From an uncultured Gammaproteobacteria bacterium (GTDB lineage Bacteria > Pseudomonadota > Gammaproteobacteria > UBA9214): a DNA stretch of 64,000 nt. Below, one piece after another: positions 39,053 to 49,922 of the stretch. The stretch spans positions 95,182 through 159,181 of the forward strand of contig CAWGNW010000009.1 in the NCBI GenBank assembly GCA_963824045.1, given 5' to 3'. The position numbers and the translations under genes are program-made. The notes under the pieces were generated by a model. The model was not told the origin of the DNA, made no database searches, and worked only from the letters and a program-made list of their open reading frames with translations. Every line of letters starts with the position of its first letter. Position 1 is the first letter of the stretch.

Positions 39053-39433
39053 ATGGCCATTGTAAATCTCACCAAAGATACCTTTAGTGACATTGTTTCC
39101 GGGAACGAGACCGTCCTGGTGGACTTCTGGGCGCCGTGGTGCGGTCCCTGTCGCCAGTTTGCACCGGTGTTCGATTCCATGTCCGGGGAGCATCCGGATA
39201 TCGTGTTCGCCAAGGTGAATACCGAGGAAGAACAGGAACTGGCCGGTCATTTCAACATCCGCTCCATTCCGACGCTGATGGCATTCCGCCAGCAGATCAT
39301 CGTATTCGTGCAACCCGGGGCCCTGCCGCCGGCCGGGCTTGCGACGGTGATCGAGAAGGTCGGTGAACTCGATATGGACGAGGTGCGCAGGCAGATCGCC
39401 GGGCAGGAAAAGGCGGACGGGGGCAAGGCATGA
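39053..39433 (+). CDS. trxA: Thioredoxin
   Basis: VLVDFWAPWCGPCRQFAP...IRSIPTL. An extended -10 tgtataat lies at 39011-39018. Confidence 0.85.
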   Translation: MAIVNLTKDTFSDIVSGNETVLVDFWAPWCGPCRQFAPVFDSMSGEHPDIVFAKVNTEEEQELAGHFNIRSIPTLMAFRQQIIVFVQPGALPPAGLATVIEKVGELDMDEVRRQIAGQEKADGGKA

Positions 39434-40122
39434 TGCCGCGGATATGGGCGGTGCTGTGTGCCGCGCTGCTGCTGGCAGGAGCGGCAGCGGCAGACGAGCA
39501 AGTGCGCTATAACCAGGTGCGCCTGCAGACACAGGAGAGCGAGGCGGTCAGCAACGATACCATGCACGTGACGCTGACCGCCTCCGCTGAGGAGCGCGAT
39601 GCTGCCGACCTGGCCGGCAAGATCAATGCGGACATGGCCTGGGCGCTGGACCTGGCGAAGCGACATGATGCCGTCAAGGTGAGCACGGGCAATTACAGCA
39701 CCTGGCAAGTTCGCCAGGACAACAAGATGAAGGGCTGGCAAGCCCGGCAGGACCTGATACTGGAGAGCCGCGATACCCGGGTGCTAAGCCAGCTGACGGG
39801 ATTGCTGCAGGAAAAACTGCAGGTGGATTCGATGGGTTTCAGCGTATCAGCGGAAACCCGCACTGCCGTGGAGAACCGCCTGATCGAAAGGGCATTGCAG
39901 GCGTTCAAGGAGCGCGCCGGTCTTGTCGGCAACAAGCTCAGTGCGAGCGGCTACCGCATCGTCGACCTCAATATCGGTACCTTTGCGCAACAGCCGCCCG
40001 TCGCCTACCGTGCGCGCGGCATGGTCGCGTCAATGGAGTCCGATGCGGCAGTAGCGACCGAGGGCGGGGAAAGCGACATCCAGGTAACTGTCAGCGGGAC
40101 AATCGAGCTGATCATGCCCTGA
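39430..40122 (+). CDS. SIMPL-domain (DUF541, YggE-like) periplasmic protein
   Basis: Signal peptide present. Length and pattern are typical of SIMPL proteins. ATGA overlap with the thioredoxin gene. Confidence 0.65.
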   Translation: MMPRIWAVLCAALLLAGAAAADEQVRYNQVRLQTQESEAVSNDTMHVTLTASAEERDAADLAGKINADMAWALDLAKRHDAVKVSTGNYSTWQVRQDNKMKGWQARQDLILESRDTRVLSQLTGLLQEKLQVDSMGFSVSAETRTAVENRLIERALQAFKERAGLVGNKLSASGYRIVDLNIGTFAQQPPVAYRARGMVASMESDAAVATEGGESDIQVTVSGTIELIMP

Positions 40123-40282
40123 TCGCGATGCGGTATTCAATCAGTCGCGCCGCAGGCCGGCGCTCGTGTCCTTCAGGGTGCTCCTACAGGTGCCTTTGCT
40201 GAGTGTAGGGGCGGTCACCTGAGCGCGATGCGGTCTTCAGGCAATCGCGCCGAAGGGCGGCGCTCCTACAGGTGCTCCTGCG
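40121..40282. repeat. REP-like repeat family A, locus 3 (about 2 units)
   Basis: tgatcgcgatgcggt...gctcctacaggtgc...gtaggggcggtcacctgagcgcgatgcggt...atcgcgccgaagggcggcgctcctacaggtgc. The first unit contains the SIMPL stop codon. Confidence 0.8.
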
Positions 40283-40362
40283 AATAACCTCGGAAGTGCA
40301 CGGAACAGCTCAACCTTGTGATATTCAATGCCGTGTTTTCCCGCGGCAATACCAACCCTTGA

Positions 40363-42972
40363 TCAGAGCCAGAGCATGAGTCCGCACTCCAGCGGATGAC
40401 TCAGCAGTTCATGATAGGGATAGATGCGGATCTTGTAGTGCTGCAGACCGCCGTCCTCGCAGGTGGCGTCAGTGCTGAACAGGTCGTAGTGGAATAGCGT
40501 TTTTCTGTCGTCCGATTCTCCCACGCGCTTGAAGGCTGCCTTGCGATGCGGCAGGAATTCACCGTTGGTAGTCTCCTTGCCGATGATGCATTCCACCACG
40601 ATGTCCTCCGCTGTCAGGCCGTTCAGGTGCACCTTGACCTCGATCGGCAGTGATTCGCCGGAGCAGATTGCGCAGGCGACAGTTTCCGTCAGCCAGGCGT
40701 TCACCTGCGGCCAGGCGTCGGCAATGCGCTTCTTCCAGGCCGCAAGCTCCCTTGCGCCGGCCTGACCGTTCGCCTGCATCCTGCGTCCCTGGCGAGCTGC
40801 CGGGGAGTAGGACTGGCTGAGGTAATCCAGCGCCATGCGGATGGTGTTGAACTGCGGCAGGATGGTCTTCATGGATGACTTCGATCGTGCTACCCATGCC
40901 TCTGGCTCGCCATCACTGTTGCGCGAGTAGTAGGCCGGTATCACCAGGTATTCCAGGATATTCATCAATTCCTGTGCTTCCCACTTGTTGCGGGTTTCCT
41001 GGTCGAATTCCGGGTGCGGCGTGATCGCCCAGCCGTTTTCGCCGTTGTAGGCTTCCGCCCACCAGCCATCCAGGACACTGAGGTTGATGGCGCCGTTCAT
41101 GGCGGCCTTCATGCCGGAAGTGCCGCAGGCCTCCATCGGGTAGTCCGGCGTGTTCAGCCAGACATCCACGCCCGGCAGCAACTCGCGGGTCATGGACAGG
41201 TTGTAGTCTTCCAGCAGGATGACATTGCCCTGGAACTCGGGCAGGAGGCTGATCTCGTAGATCCGTTTCAGCAATGCCTGCCCCGGCACGTCGCTGGGGT
41301 GAGCCTTGCCGGCGAACACCAGGGTTACGGGGCGCTCCGGGTCGTTGACCAGTCGTGCCAGGCGCTCCAGGTCGTCGAAGATCAGACCGGCGCGCTTGTA
41401 CGTGGCAAAGCGGCGCGCGAATCCTATCAGCAGCGTATCCAGATTGCGTGTATTCAGGTTGGCGGTGAGGCGCCCCACCAGTGACTTGGTCTGGGCGCAG
41501 CGCTCGTACTGGATTGTGGCGCGGTAGCGAATTTCGTCGATGGCCGCTGCCTTGAGCAGTTTGCGCACACTCAGGAATACATGGTTGGGGATCTGGTCGA
41601 TGAAACACTCCCAGAAGTCCTTGTCCGTGAGCTTGGCGCGCCAGCCACCGCCCATGTACATCTCGAACAGGGCAACCCAGGAGTGAGCCAGGTAGGAATC
41701 GACATCGGCGCCGTTGGTGACATAGCCGACCGGGTTTTCATGGGTCTGTATGCCCGGCCAGATGTAGGATTCCATCTTCGCGGCAATGTCGCCGTGAATG
41801 CGACTGACGCCGTTGCGGTAGCGCGAGCCGCGCATGGCGAGCGCTGTCGGGTAGTAACTTTCCGCCACGGTGGGTTTTGCGCCCAGCGCCAGGAAGCGCT
41901 CTTCCGTGATTCTGAGTCCCTTGATCATGTCGGAGAAGAAGGTCCGCATGTCATGATGGCTGAATACATCATGACCCGCCGGCACCGGGGTATGCGTGGT
42001 GAAGGCGGTATTGGAGGCGGTAAGTTCCAGCGCGCTGTCGAAATCCATGCCGACGCGAACATATTCCAGGCAACGTTCCAGGATCAGGAACGCGGCATGC
42101 CCCTCGTTGATGTGCCAGACCGTGGGTTCCAGTCCCAGCACCCGCAGGGCGCGGGTGCCGCCGATACCGAGGATGATTTCCTGCTGGATGCGGGTCAATT
42201 TGTCGCCGCCATAGAGCTGGGCGGTGAGCATGCGATCTTCCGGGCTGTTTGCCGGAACGTCACTGTCCAGCAGGAACAGGCGAATGTGGCCGGTGCGCGC
42301 CAGCCAGACCTTCAGCTCCAGTGCGCGGCCCGGCAGTGAAACGCTCACGCTGACTTCATTGCCGGCAGCATCCAGCGCCGGCGACACCGGCAGGTCGCAG
42401 GGGTCGCGGCGTACCCGCTCCGCGATCTGGGTGCCGTCGCAGCCGATCCGCTGCCTGAAGTAGCCCTCGCGGTAGAGGATACCGATACCGACGAAGGGCA
42501 CCCAGAGATTGCTCATGGCCTTGCAGTAGTCGGCGGCCAGGATGCCGAGGCCGCCGGCGTAGATCGGCATGCTCTCGTGGAAACCGTATTCCGCGGAGAA
42601 ATAGGCCACCAGGTCCTTTTCGCTGTCCAGGTACTCGTCGATCTTGATGGTCGGCTTCTGCTCAAGATAGGTGTCGTAGGCGCTCAGGACGTGGCGAAAT
42701 TCAGCGAGCAGGATGGGGTCGTTTGCCGCCTGGTCAAGTTTGTGCTGGCGGATACGCCGCAGGAACACCTTGGGATTGTGTGACGAGGCGTTCCAGCAAT
42801 CCTGGTCGAGATGCCGGAACAGGCCCCTGACCTTGCGGTTCCAGCTGTAATAAAGGTCATTGACGAGCTCGTCCAGCCGGGCAAAGCGTTTCGGCAGGAC
42901 GGGCTGGATCTCGACGCTGAAACGGGTGCCGGGTTCCTGATCCTGTCTCGGGTTCATGTCTGTCATGTGCAC
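40363..42972 (-). CDS. glgP: Alpha-glucan (glycogen) phosphorylase, GT35 family
   Basis: 869 aa. Contains GGLGILAADY.., ..NEGHAAF.. and the PLP-lysine region ..EACGTSGMKAAMNGA... Confidence 0.9.
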   Translation of the reverse strand: MHMTDMNPRQDQEPGTRFSVEIQPVLPKRFARLDELVNDLYYSWNRKVRGLFRHLDQDCWNASSHNPKVFLRRIRQHKLDQAANDPILLAEFRHVLSAYDTYLEQKPTIKIDEYLDSEKDLVAYFSAEYGFHESMPIYAGGLGILAADYCKAMSNLWVPFVGIGILYREGYFRQRIGCDGTQIAERVRRDPCDLPVSPALDAAGNEVSVSVSLPGRALELKVWLARTGHIRLFLLDSDVPANSPEDRMLTAQLYGGDKLTRIQQEIILGIGGTRALRVLGLEPTVWHINEGHAAFLILERCLEYVRVGMDFDSALELTASNTAFTTHTPVPAGHDVFSHHDMRTFFSDMIKGLRITEERFLALGAKPTVAESYYPTALAMRGSRYRNGVSRIHGDIAAKMESYIWPGIQTHENPVGYVTNGADVDSYLAHSWVALFEMYMGGGWRAKLTDKDFWECFIDQIPNHVFLSVRKLLKAAAIDEIRYRATIQYERCAQTKSLVGRLTANLNTRNLDTLLIGFARRFATYKRAGLIFDDLERLARLVNDPERPVTLVFAGKAHPSDVPGQALLKRIYEISLLPEFQGNVILLEDYNLSMTRELLPGVDVWLNTPDYPMEACGTSGMKAAMNGAINLSVLDGWWAEAYNGENGWAITPHPEFDQETRNKWEAQELMNILEYLVIPAYYSRNSDGEPEAWVARSKSSMKTILPQFNTIRMALDYLSQSYSPAARQGRRMQANGQAGARELAAWKKRIADAWPQVNAWLTETVACAICSGESLPIEVKVHLNGLTAEDIVVECIIGKETTNGEFLPHRKAAFKRVGESDDRKTLFHYDLFSTDATCEDGGLQHYKIRIYPYHELLSHPLECGLMLWL

Positions 42973-43382
42973 ATCTCGCTATCCGGCCTGAAAGTGGCCA
43001 TTGTTTGTTCTTGCAGAGTGTCCGCAATGGGTGCTGATTTTGACACAGCTGGCACATGCCGGAAACGGCTAATTTCCGGCTGCTGCACCTGCGCCCGCAG
43101 TCGCGCCGCAATCAGGCGGGAGCCGGCCTGCTGCAGGCGCGCAGGGCATGGCAGGACAAACTAGCAAATATCCGCCTGGCAATGTCTGCGGTTCGTGAAA
43201 ATTAATGAAAATTTAATATTTCCGGGGCCGCCGGTCCGGGAAGCGCAGCGCTGTTGCCGGTGCCGTATGCACCACAAAAGTGCGGGTGAACGGTGCGCAT
43301 GTGTTGCCATGATGGGCGGCTGTAGTCGCGCCTGCCATATGAATGCGATAATCAGCTCCCCGTAAACACCAGGTCATGCCCA

Positions 43383-45498
43383 GTGCCACGCAAGTATCCC
43401 GCTTCCTACTCCAGCCGCGCGGGCAATCGCTACCCCGCGGGCGCATCGCAGGTGCCCGGCGGTGTCAATTTTTCCATCTACAGCCGGCATGCCACGCATG
43501 TTGAATTGCTGCTGTTCGAGACTGCGAAAAGCCTGCAGCCTTTCCAGGTGATACCGCTGGATCCCCGCCTGCACCGGACATTCTTTTTCTGGAATGTGCT
43601 GGTCGAAGACCTGCCGGTCGGCATCCATTACGCCTGGCGGATCGACGGCGAGAATGACGCTGCAGCAGACGGGGCGGCGCTTTGACCGCGAGAAGGTGTT
43701 GCTGGACCCCTGCGCGCGCGGTGTTACCGATGCCCTCTGGGACCGGGCCCGGGCGGCACGGCCCGGCGACAATATGGCGACATCCATGCGCGGCGTGGTC
43801 GAGTCCGGCGAGTATGACTGGGAGGGTGATGAACCGCTGGGCTGCATGCGCCCGGAAAGGACCATCATCTATGAAATGCATGTCGGCGGCTTTACCCGCC
43901 ATCCCACGGCGGGCGTGGGTCACCCCGGGACATTTGCCGGGGTCGTCGAGAAGATCCCTTACCTGACGGAACTGGGTATCACCCATGTTGAACTGATGCC
44001 GGTCATGGCCTTCGACGAGCAGGATGTCCCGCCGGGCGTGATGGAACTCGGGTTGCGCAACTACTGGGGCTACAGTACCCACAGCTACTTCAGTCCCCAT
44101 CCCGGTTACTGCGTTTCGGCAAACGCCGGCGCCCACGTGCGTGAATTCCGCGACATGGTCAAGGCGCTGCACGATGCCGGGATCGGCGTGATCCTTGACG
44201 TGGTCTTCAACCATACCGCGGAAGGTGGCGCGGGCGGGCCGATTATCAACTTCAAGGGGATCGGCAACGAGACCTTCTACCACCTGGATCCCGCCGACCG
44301 GCGTATCTACCGCGACTACACCGGCTGCGGCAACACACTGAACTGCAACCATCCCATGGTGGCGAAGTTCATCCTCGAGTGCCTGGAATACTGGGTGCGG
44401 GAGTTGCACGTTGACGGCTTCCGCTTCGACCTTGCCAGCGTGCTGTCGCGTGGCGAGAACGGCGAACCGCTGCACCATGCGCCGGTGTTATGGAACATCG
44501 AGTTCTCCAATACCCTCAGCGAGACGCGCATTATCGCCGAGGCCTGGGATGCGGCCGGCCTCTACCAGGTCGGCGACTTTCCGGGTTACCGCTGGGGTGA
44601 ATGGAACGGCCGTTATCGCGATGTCATGCGCCGCTTTGTCCGCGGCGACAAGGGCATTACCAGCGAGGTGGCCATGCGCCTCAGCGGCAACAGCGACCTG
44701 TACCAGGAAGATGACCGGCTGCCGACCAACAGCATCAATTTCGTGACCTGCCACGATGGCTTCACCCTGTATGACCTGGTGAGTTACAACGAGAAGCACA
44801 ATGAAGCCAATGGCGAACAGAATCGCGATGGCAACAACAATTCTCTCAGCTGGAACTGCGGGGTCGAGGGTGAGACCGAGGAGCCAGACATCCTCAGGCT
44901 GCGGCGCCAGCAGGCACGGAATTTCATGGCCCTGCTGATGCTCAGCCAGGGAGTGCCGATGCTGAATGCCGGCGACGAGGTGCTGCGCACCCAGCACGGC
45001 AACAACAATGCCTGGTGCCAGGACAATGACCTCGGCTGGTTTGACTGGTCGCTGGCGGAAATCAATGCCGGCATGCTGCGGTTCACCCGGGAAATGATTG
45101 CCTTCCGCAAACGCCATCCCTGTCTCATGCATGCCCGCTACCTGACCGGGCAGCCGCGCGAGGGGCACTGGTTTCCGGACATCGCCTGGCATGGCGAGCG
45201 GCTCAATCATCCGGCGTGGGATGATCCCGGATCGCGGGTGCTGGCGTTTACCCTGGGTACCATGGAGCCCTGGGAGGAGGATGTCCATGTGGTCCTCAAC
45301 ATGGGCAAGCGCAGCCTGCTGATGCCGCTGCCCCCCATCCCGGAAGGCCACTGGTACCGCGCCGTCGATACCTCGATCGACAGACCGGAGAATATCCTGC
45401 GGCCCGCTTTGCAGGAACCGCTGACGCGGGCGTCATACCCGGTTGCCGCTCAGAGCATCGCGGTATTAGAGGCGCGCCGGTTCGGCGATCACGACTGA
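43383..45498 (+). pseudogene. glgX: Glycogen debranching enzyme GlgX, one +1 frameshift in a G4 run (43671-43674)
   Basis: Frame 1 reads ..GVNFSIYSRHATHVELLLF...IHYAWRIDGENDAAADG. Frame 2 continues RRFDREKVLLDPCARGV...GITHVELMPV...DVVFNHTAEG...GFRFDLASVL...EAWDA...FVTCHDGFTL, the GH13 catalytic motifs. Confidence 0.88.
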
Positions 45499-45535
45499 AC
45501 CCGAAATACCGCCGCAGGCGAAGCCGGCCGGCTTG

Positions 45536-46645
45536 TCAGTCTTCCGTGAGGTCGATTTCGCCGCAGTGACGGCTGATCTCGCGGCGCGCCGCATCCCGCA
45601 GATCCAGCGCCACCTGCCAGCCTTCGCCTTCCGGGGGAATCGGTGCGGTAATCGTGACGTTGATACGGCCCCGGTAGGGAAACCAGTGCGAACCCCGGAG
45701 CATGTCGCGGGCGCCCTTGATTGCCACGGGGACCACGGACGCCCTGGAACGCGCGGCGGTGACAAAGGCGCCCATGCGGAATGGCTGCAGCCCGGGAAAG
45801 CTGGTGAAGGTGCCTTCCGGGAAGAACACGATGGACTGGCCGTCCCGTGACTTGCGCGCAATTCGACCGACATCGCTGATGCCCTTGCCCGCATTGAAGC
45901 GGTCCACGAACTCGACGCCGAAACGTTGCAGCAGGAGGCGGGCAGGCAGGTTGCGCGCCAGTTCCCCCTTGACGATGAAATGGATGGGGATGTCGAGCGC
46001 CGCCGTCACAATGAAACCGTCCAGGTAGCTGCTGTGATTTGCAACAATGATCTGTGCCCTGTCGTGCGCGAGGTGCTCCTGCCCGGTGACCCTGAACGGG
46101 GTAAAGGTGCACAGGAACAGCGCGCGAGCGCCGAGGTGGGCGAATTTCCGCCGCCAGGATTCGAACGGGCCGAATACCACCAGGATCCAGGTGAGCGCGC
46201 CCAGCAGGATGAAGACCGGCCAGGCATACAGGGCGAACAGCCAGTCGCCAGCCGCGGGTTGCCGTGAGCGCCAGGCTTCGCCCGTCTGCTCCGCATTGGC
46301 AAACGGTCCCATCAGCAGGTCGCTGGCGTTGTTTTGCAGGGTGGAGGCTTCCGCTGATACGCCCGCTGCGCCGGGGTCTGTAGTCGCTCGCTGCAGGGCG
46401 CGCAACAGGTCATTCGGTGTCGCCGCGGCGATGGCGGCGGTTTCAGGCAGGGGAACGCCGAATTGCGCCTCGATACGCGTGCGCAGTTCCATGCGCGCCA
46501 TACTGTCGAGGCCCAGATCCCGTTCGAGGTGCGTGTCCGGGGTGAAGTGCAGGTTCTTCCAGTGCGGATGCACTTCACCGACCATCGCGCGGATCACGAC
46601 CAGCAGCGCCTTGATATCAATACCGGTGTCTCCTCGCGCGGGCAT
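45536..46645 (-). CDS. Fusion protein: N-terminal acyl-carrier (phosphopantetheine-attachment) domain, TM segment, and lysophospholipid acyltransferase (PlsC-type) domain
   Basis: Carrier motif DLGLDSM. Acyltransferase motifs NHSSYLD (HX4D) and FFPEGTF. Confidence 0.75.
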   Translation of the reverse strand: MPARGDTGIDIKALLVVIRAMVGEVHPHWKNLHFTPDTHLERDLGLDSMARMELRTRIEAQFGVPLPETAAIAAATPNDLLRALQRATTDPGAAGVSAEASTLQNNASDLLMGPFANAEQTGEAWRSRQPAAGDWLFALYAWPVFILLGALTWILVVFGPFESWRRKFAHLGARALFLCTFTPFRVTGQEHLAHDRAQIIVANHSSYLDGFIVTAALDIPIHFIVKGELARNLPARLLLQRFGVEFVDRFNAGKGISDVGRIARKSRDGQSIVFFPEGTFTSFPGLQPFRMGAFVTAARSRASVVPVAIKGARDMLRGSHWFPYRGRINVTITAPIPPEGEGWQVALDLRDAARREISRHCGEIDLTED

Positions 46646-46729
46646 GCTTCAGGTCCGGCAGGCGGTCGTGGCCAGGCAGACGGATACCATCGCTTGCCGC
46701 GGGGGCCGCATCAGGGTGTCGGGCTGCGC

Positions 46730-47167
46730 CTATTTGCCTATGCGGACACACATGACGTCGCACTGCGTGCCGTGCAGCACGGCATTGGCGGTGGACCCCA
46801 GCAGGGTCGCGATGCCGTGCCGGCCGTGTGCCCCGATCACGATCAGGTCACAGTCTTGCTCGAGGGCATAATTCAGGATCTCGCGCTTGGGGGCGCCGAG
46901 GTTCACGACTGTCTTCGCGCGTCCCTGGCAAATTTCGCCGGCCAGTGAAGCGAGGAAGTTTCTTGCCCGCTGTTCGAGGGTTTTCTCGACCTCCAGCGGC
47001 AGCGCCGGTGTGAGTTCGATGTCTTCCATCGCGACCAGGGGTTCGATGACATGGATCAGGTGCAGCGCGGCGCCGTAATGGTGCGCGAGTTCATTCGCCC
47101 GCGCGAGCACGAGGCGTGCTTCTGGTGAAAGGTCGACGGCTACCAGGATTTTGTTGTAGGTGCTCAT
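46730..47167 (-). CDS. Universal stress protein (UspA family)
   Basis: ILVAVDLS...DLIVIGAHGRHG...LGSTAN is the Usp ATP-binding pattern. Confidence 0.85.
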   Translation of the reverse strand: MSTYNKILVAVDLSPEARLVLARANELAHHYGAALHLIHVIEPLVAMEDIELTPALPLEVEKTLEQRARNFLASLAGEICQGRAKTVVNLGAPKREILNYALEQDCDLIVIGAHGRHGIATLLGSTANAVLHGTQCDVMCVRIGK

Positions 47168-47258
47168 GGGGCTGCTGCACTCGTTGGTTGACTCTGCCGA
47201 CTGGCTTGGAGCTGCATTATAAACAGCCTCGCAGTTTGTAGATAGCGTCAGGACCGTT

Positions 47259-47633
47259 TCAGTATTTCTGTCTGTCCGGTATCACGCCGCGCACGCCGCC
47301 GCGCGGGTTTTCCATGTCGCCGACGTAGCGCGGAATCAGGTGATAATGGACGTGCGGTACGCTTTGTCCCGCAGCCGCGCCGCAGTTGATGCCGAGATTG
47401 TAGCCATCCGGGGCGTGCTCGCTGTCGAGCAGCTGCCTTGCCGCCTCGATCAGCTCCAGCATGGCGTGTTTTTCCGGCAGGGTGGTGTCGAAATAGTCGG
47501 CCACATGGCGGCGCGGCAGAACCAGCACATGGCCGGGCGACACCGGGTAGTCGTCATAACGGGCATAGGCAAGCGCATTTTCGAGCAGCACGTTGCCGGG
47601 ATTGCAGAACAGGCAGGGTGTTGGCTGGTTCAC
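47259..47633 (-). CDS. HIT-family nucleotide hydrolase/transferase
   Basis: Histidine triad HVHYHLIP. The N-terminus reads CLFC..., typical of HIT proteins. Confidence 0.85.
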   Translation of the reverse strand: MNQPTPCLFCNPGNVLLENALAYARYDDYPVSPGHVLVLPRRHVADYFDTTLPEKHAMLELIEAARQLLDSEHAPDGYNLGINCGAAAGQSVPHVHYHLIPRYVGDMENPRGGVRGVIPDRQKY

Positions 47634-47738
47634 GAGATCTCCGTATGCCGGGCGGGTGGTATGCCGGCGCCGTCTGGATTATCAGCTGCAACCATACAGG
47701 CTTGCAGCAGTCACTGCCATTGCGAGGTACCGCGGGCA

Positions 47739-47766
47739 TTGCAATGTCCTGACTGCAGGTTATGCT
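47739..47766 (+). promoter_or_regulatory. Candidate sigma-70 promoter for nfeD-SPFH (TTGCAA-16 nt-TATGCT)
   Basis: Hexamers at 47739-47744 and 47761-47766, about 25 nt upstream of the nfeD start. Confidence 0.35.
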
Positions 47767-47788
47767 AGCGTGAGGATGCTGGAGTGAC

Positions 47789-49156
47789 ATGATGTTCGAA
47801 CGGGTTCGCCGTCTGCCGATGCTGCTGTTCACCCTGCTGCTGGCGGCTGCCAGTCATGCCGGGGGCGATGCGCGTACAGCCGTGGTGCTGGAAGTGCAGG
47901 GTGCGATCGGTCCGGCAACCGCGGATTACCTGCATCGCGGTATTGCCCTGGCGCAGCAACAGGATGCCGCGCTGGTCATCCTGCAAATGGACACCCCGGG
48001 AGGACTGGATACCGCCATGCGTGACATCATCCAGGATATCCTGGTGGCCGAGGTCCCGGTTGTCACCTATGTTTCCCCGGGCGGGGCACGCGCCGCCAGC
48101 GCCGGAACCTATATTCTCTATGCCAGCCACATTGCCGCGATGGCACCGGGGACCAACCTGGGTGCGGCGACGCCGGTCGCGATCGGCGGCGTGCCGAAGC
48201 CGGGAGACCTGGCGGACAAGAAGCCGGGTGAGGATGGCGCCGGCGAGCCTGCCGCTGACCAGGACACGATGTCACACAAGCGCATCAACGATGCCGCAGC
48301 CTATATTCGCAGTCTGGCGCAGATGCGCGGACGCAATATCGAGTGGGCCGAGCGCGCGGTGCGGGAAGCGGCCAGCCTGCCCGCGAAGGAGGCGCTGGAA
48401 CTGGGTGTGATCGATATCGTGGCCGTGGACATGGCCGACCTGCTGGCGCAGACGCAGGGCCGCAGCGTCAGTCTGCCGGGCGGATCGGTGGTGCTGGATA
48501 CCGCAAACCTGCAGCTGCAGCGTCTGCAGCCTGACTGGCGCACCCGCCTGCTGGCGGTGATCACCGATCCCAATATTGCCTATGTCCTCATGCTGATCGG
48601 TATCTACGGCCTGTTCTTCGAGTTCGCCAATCCCGGCTATATTCTGCCGGGCGTTGCCGGTGCCATCTGCCTGCTGCTGGCGCTGTACGCCTTCCAGGTG
48701 CTGCCCGTAAACTATGCCGGTCTGGGATTGCTGGTGCTCGGCATTGTCTTCATGCTGGCGGAGGTGTTCGTTCCCAGCTTCGGGGCGCTCGGTATCGGCG
48801 GGCTGATCGCCTTCGTCATCGGTTCCATCATCCTGTTCGAAGAGGATGGTACGGGCTACGCGCTTTCCCTGCCGCTGATTGCGACACTTTCGGTAACCAC
48901 CGCCGGCTTTTTCCTGTTCGTGGTAGGCGCGGCTGTCAAGGCGCGCAACCGCCCGGTGGTCAGCGGTATGGAAGAGTTGCTGGGTGCCACGGGCGAAGTC
49001 ATCGAGGACTTTGCCGGGAAGGGGCGCATTCGCATCCACAGTGAAGTCTGGTGGGCGGAATCCACCGTGCCCCTGCGTGGCGGCGACAAGGTGCGGGTCG
49101 ATTCGATCGAGGGTCTGGTGCTGCGGGTGCATCCCGCACAAGGAGAGAAGCAATGA
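47789..49156 (+). CDS. nfeD: NfeD-family membrane-bound ClpP-class serine protease
   Basis: The N-terminal protease domain reads ..[12 protein letters not shown]...[15 protein letters not shown].. It is followed by TM helices and a C-terminal OB (NfeD) domain, directly upstream of an SPFH gene. Confidence 0.85.
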   Translation: MMFERVRRLPMLLFTLLLAAASHAGGDARTAVVLEVQGAIGPATADYLHRGIALAQQQDAALVILQMDTPGGLDTAMRDIIQDILVAEVPVVTYVSPGGARAASAGTYILYASHIAAMAPGTNLGAATPVAIGGVPKPGDLADKKPGEDGAGEPAADQDTMSHKRINDAAAYIRSLAQMRGRNIEWAERAVREAASLPAKEALELGVIDIVAVDMADLLAQTQGRSVSLPGGSVVLDTANLQLQRLQPDWRTRLLAVITDPNIAYVLMLIGIYGLFFEFANPGYILPGVAGAICLLLALYAFQVLPVNYAGLGLLVLGIVFMLAEVFVPSFGALGIGGLIAFVIGSIILFEEDGTGYALSLPLIATLSVTTAGFFLFVVGAAVKARNRPVVSGMEELLGATGEVIEDFAGKGRIRIHSEVWWAESTVPLRGGDKVRVDSIEGLVLRVHPAQGEKQ

Positions 49157-49911
49157 CGATACCGGGGATATTTGTCGGGCTGATAGTGTTGGTGGCCCTG
49201 TTGCTCTACACCTTCCGCGTCCTGCGGGAATACGAACGCGGCGTGATCTTCACCCTCGGGCGCTTCTGGAGGGTCAAGGGGCCGGGGCTGATCATCGTCA
49301 TTCCGGTTATCCAGCAGATGGTGCGGGTCGACCTGCGCACCGTGGTCATGGATGTGCCGAGCCAGGACGTCATCTCCCGCGACAACGTCTCGGTCAAGGT
49401 CAACGCGGTGCTCTATTTCCGCGTCATCGACCCCGAGAAGTCCATCATCCAGGTCGAGGATTATCTCTCCGCGACCAGCCAGCTGGCACAGACCACGCTG
49501 CGCTCTGTGCTCGGACAGCACGAACTGGATGATATGCTGGCGGAACGCGACAAGCTGAATCGCGACATCCAGACCCTGCTCGACCAGCAGACCGATGCCT
49601 GGGGCATCAAGGTCGCCAACGTGGAGATCAAGCATGTCGATATCGACGAAAGCATGGTGCGCGCCATTGCCCGTCAGGCCGAGGCCGAGCGTGAACGCCG
49701 CGCCAAGGTGATTCATGCCGAGGGTGAAATGCAGGCGGCGGTAAAACTGGTCGAGGCCGCGCGCATTCTCAACCAGCAGCCGCAGTCACTGCAGCTGCGC
49801 TATTTGCAGACCCTTACCGAGATCGCCGGCGAGAAGAGTTCCACCATCGTGTTTCCCCTGCCGCTGGATTCCATTGGCCAGTTGCTCGGTAAACACAACA
49901 CAAACAGCTGA
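49153..49911 (+). CDS. SPFH/band-7 (stomatin-like) protein
   Basis: [14 protein letters not shown]...VDLRT...[25 protein letters not shown] overlap with nfeD. Confidence 0.88.
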   Translation: MTIPGIFVGLIVLVALLLYTFRVLREYERGVIFTLGRFWRVKGPGLIIVIPVIQQMVRVDLRTVVMDVPSQDVISRDNVSVKVNAVLYFRVIDPEKSIIQVEDYLSATSQLAQTTLRSVLGQHELDDMLAERDKLNRDIQTLLDQQTDAWGIKVANVEIKHVDIDESMVRAIARQAEAERERRAKVIHAEGEMQAAVKLVEAARILNQQPQSLQLRYLQTLTEIAGEKSSTIVFPLPLDSIGQLLGKHNTNS

Positions 49912-49922
49912 GGCTGCGAATC

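Noticed and set aside
43050-43066. Second sigma-54 promoter (TGGCACatgccggaa) in the glgP/glgX divergent region
   Set aside because: The -24 element is present, but there is no TTGC/GC -12 element at the required spacing.
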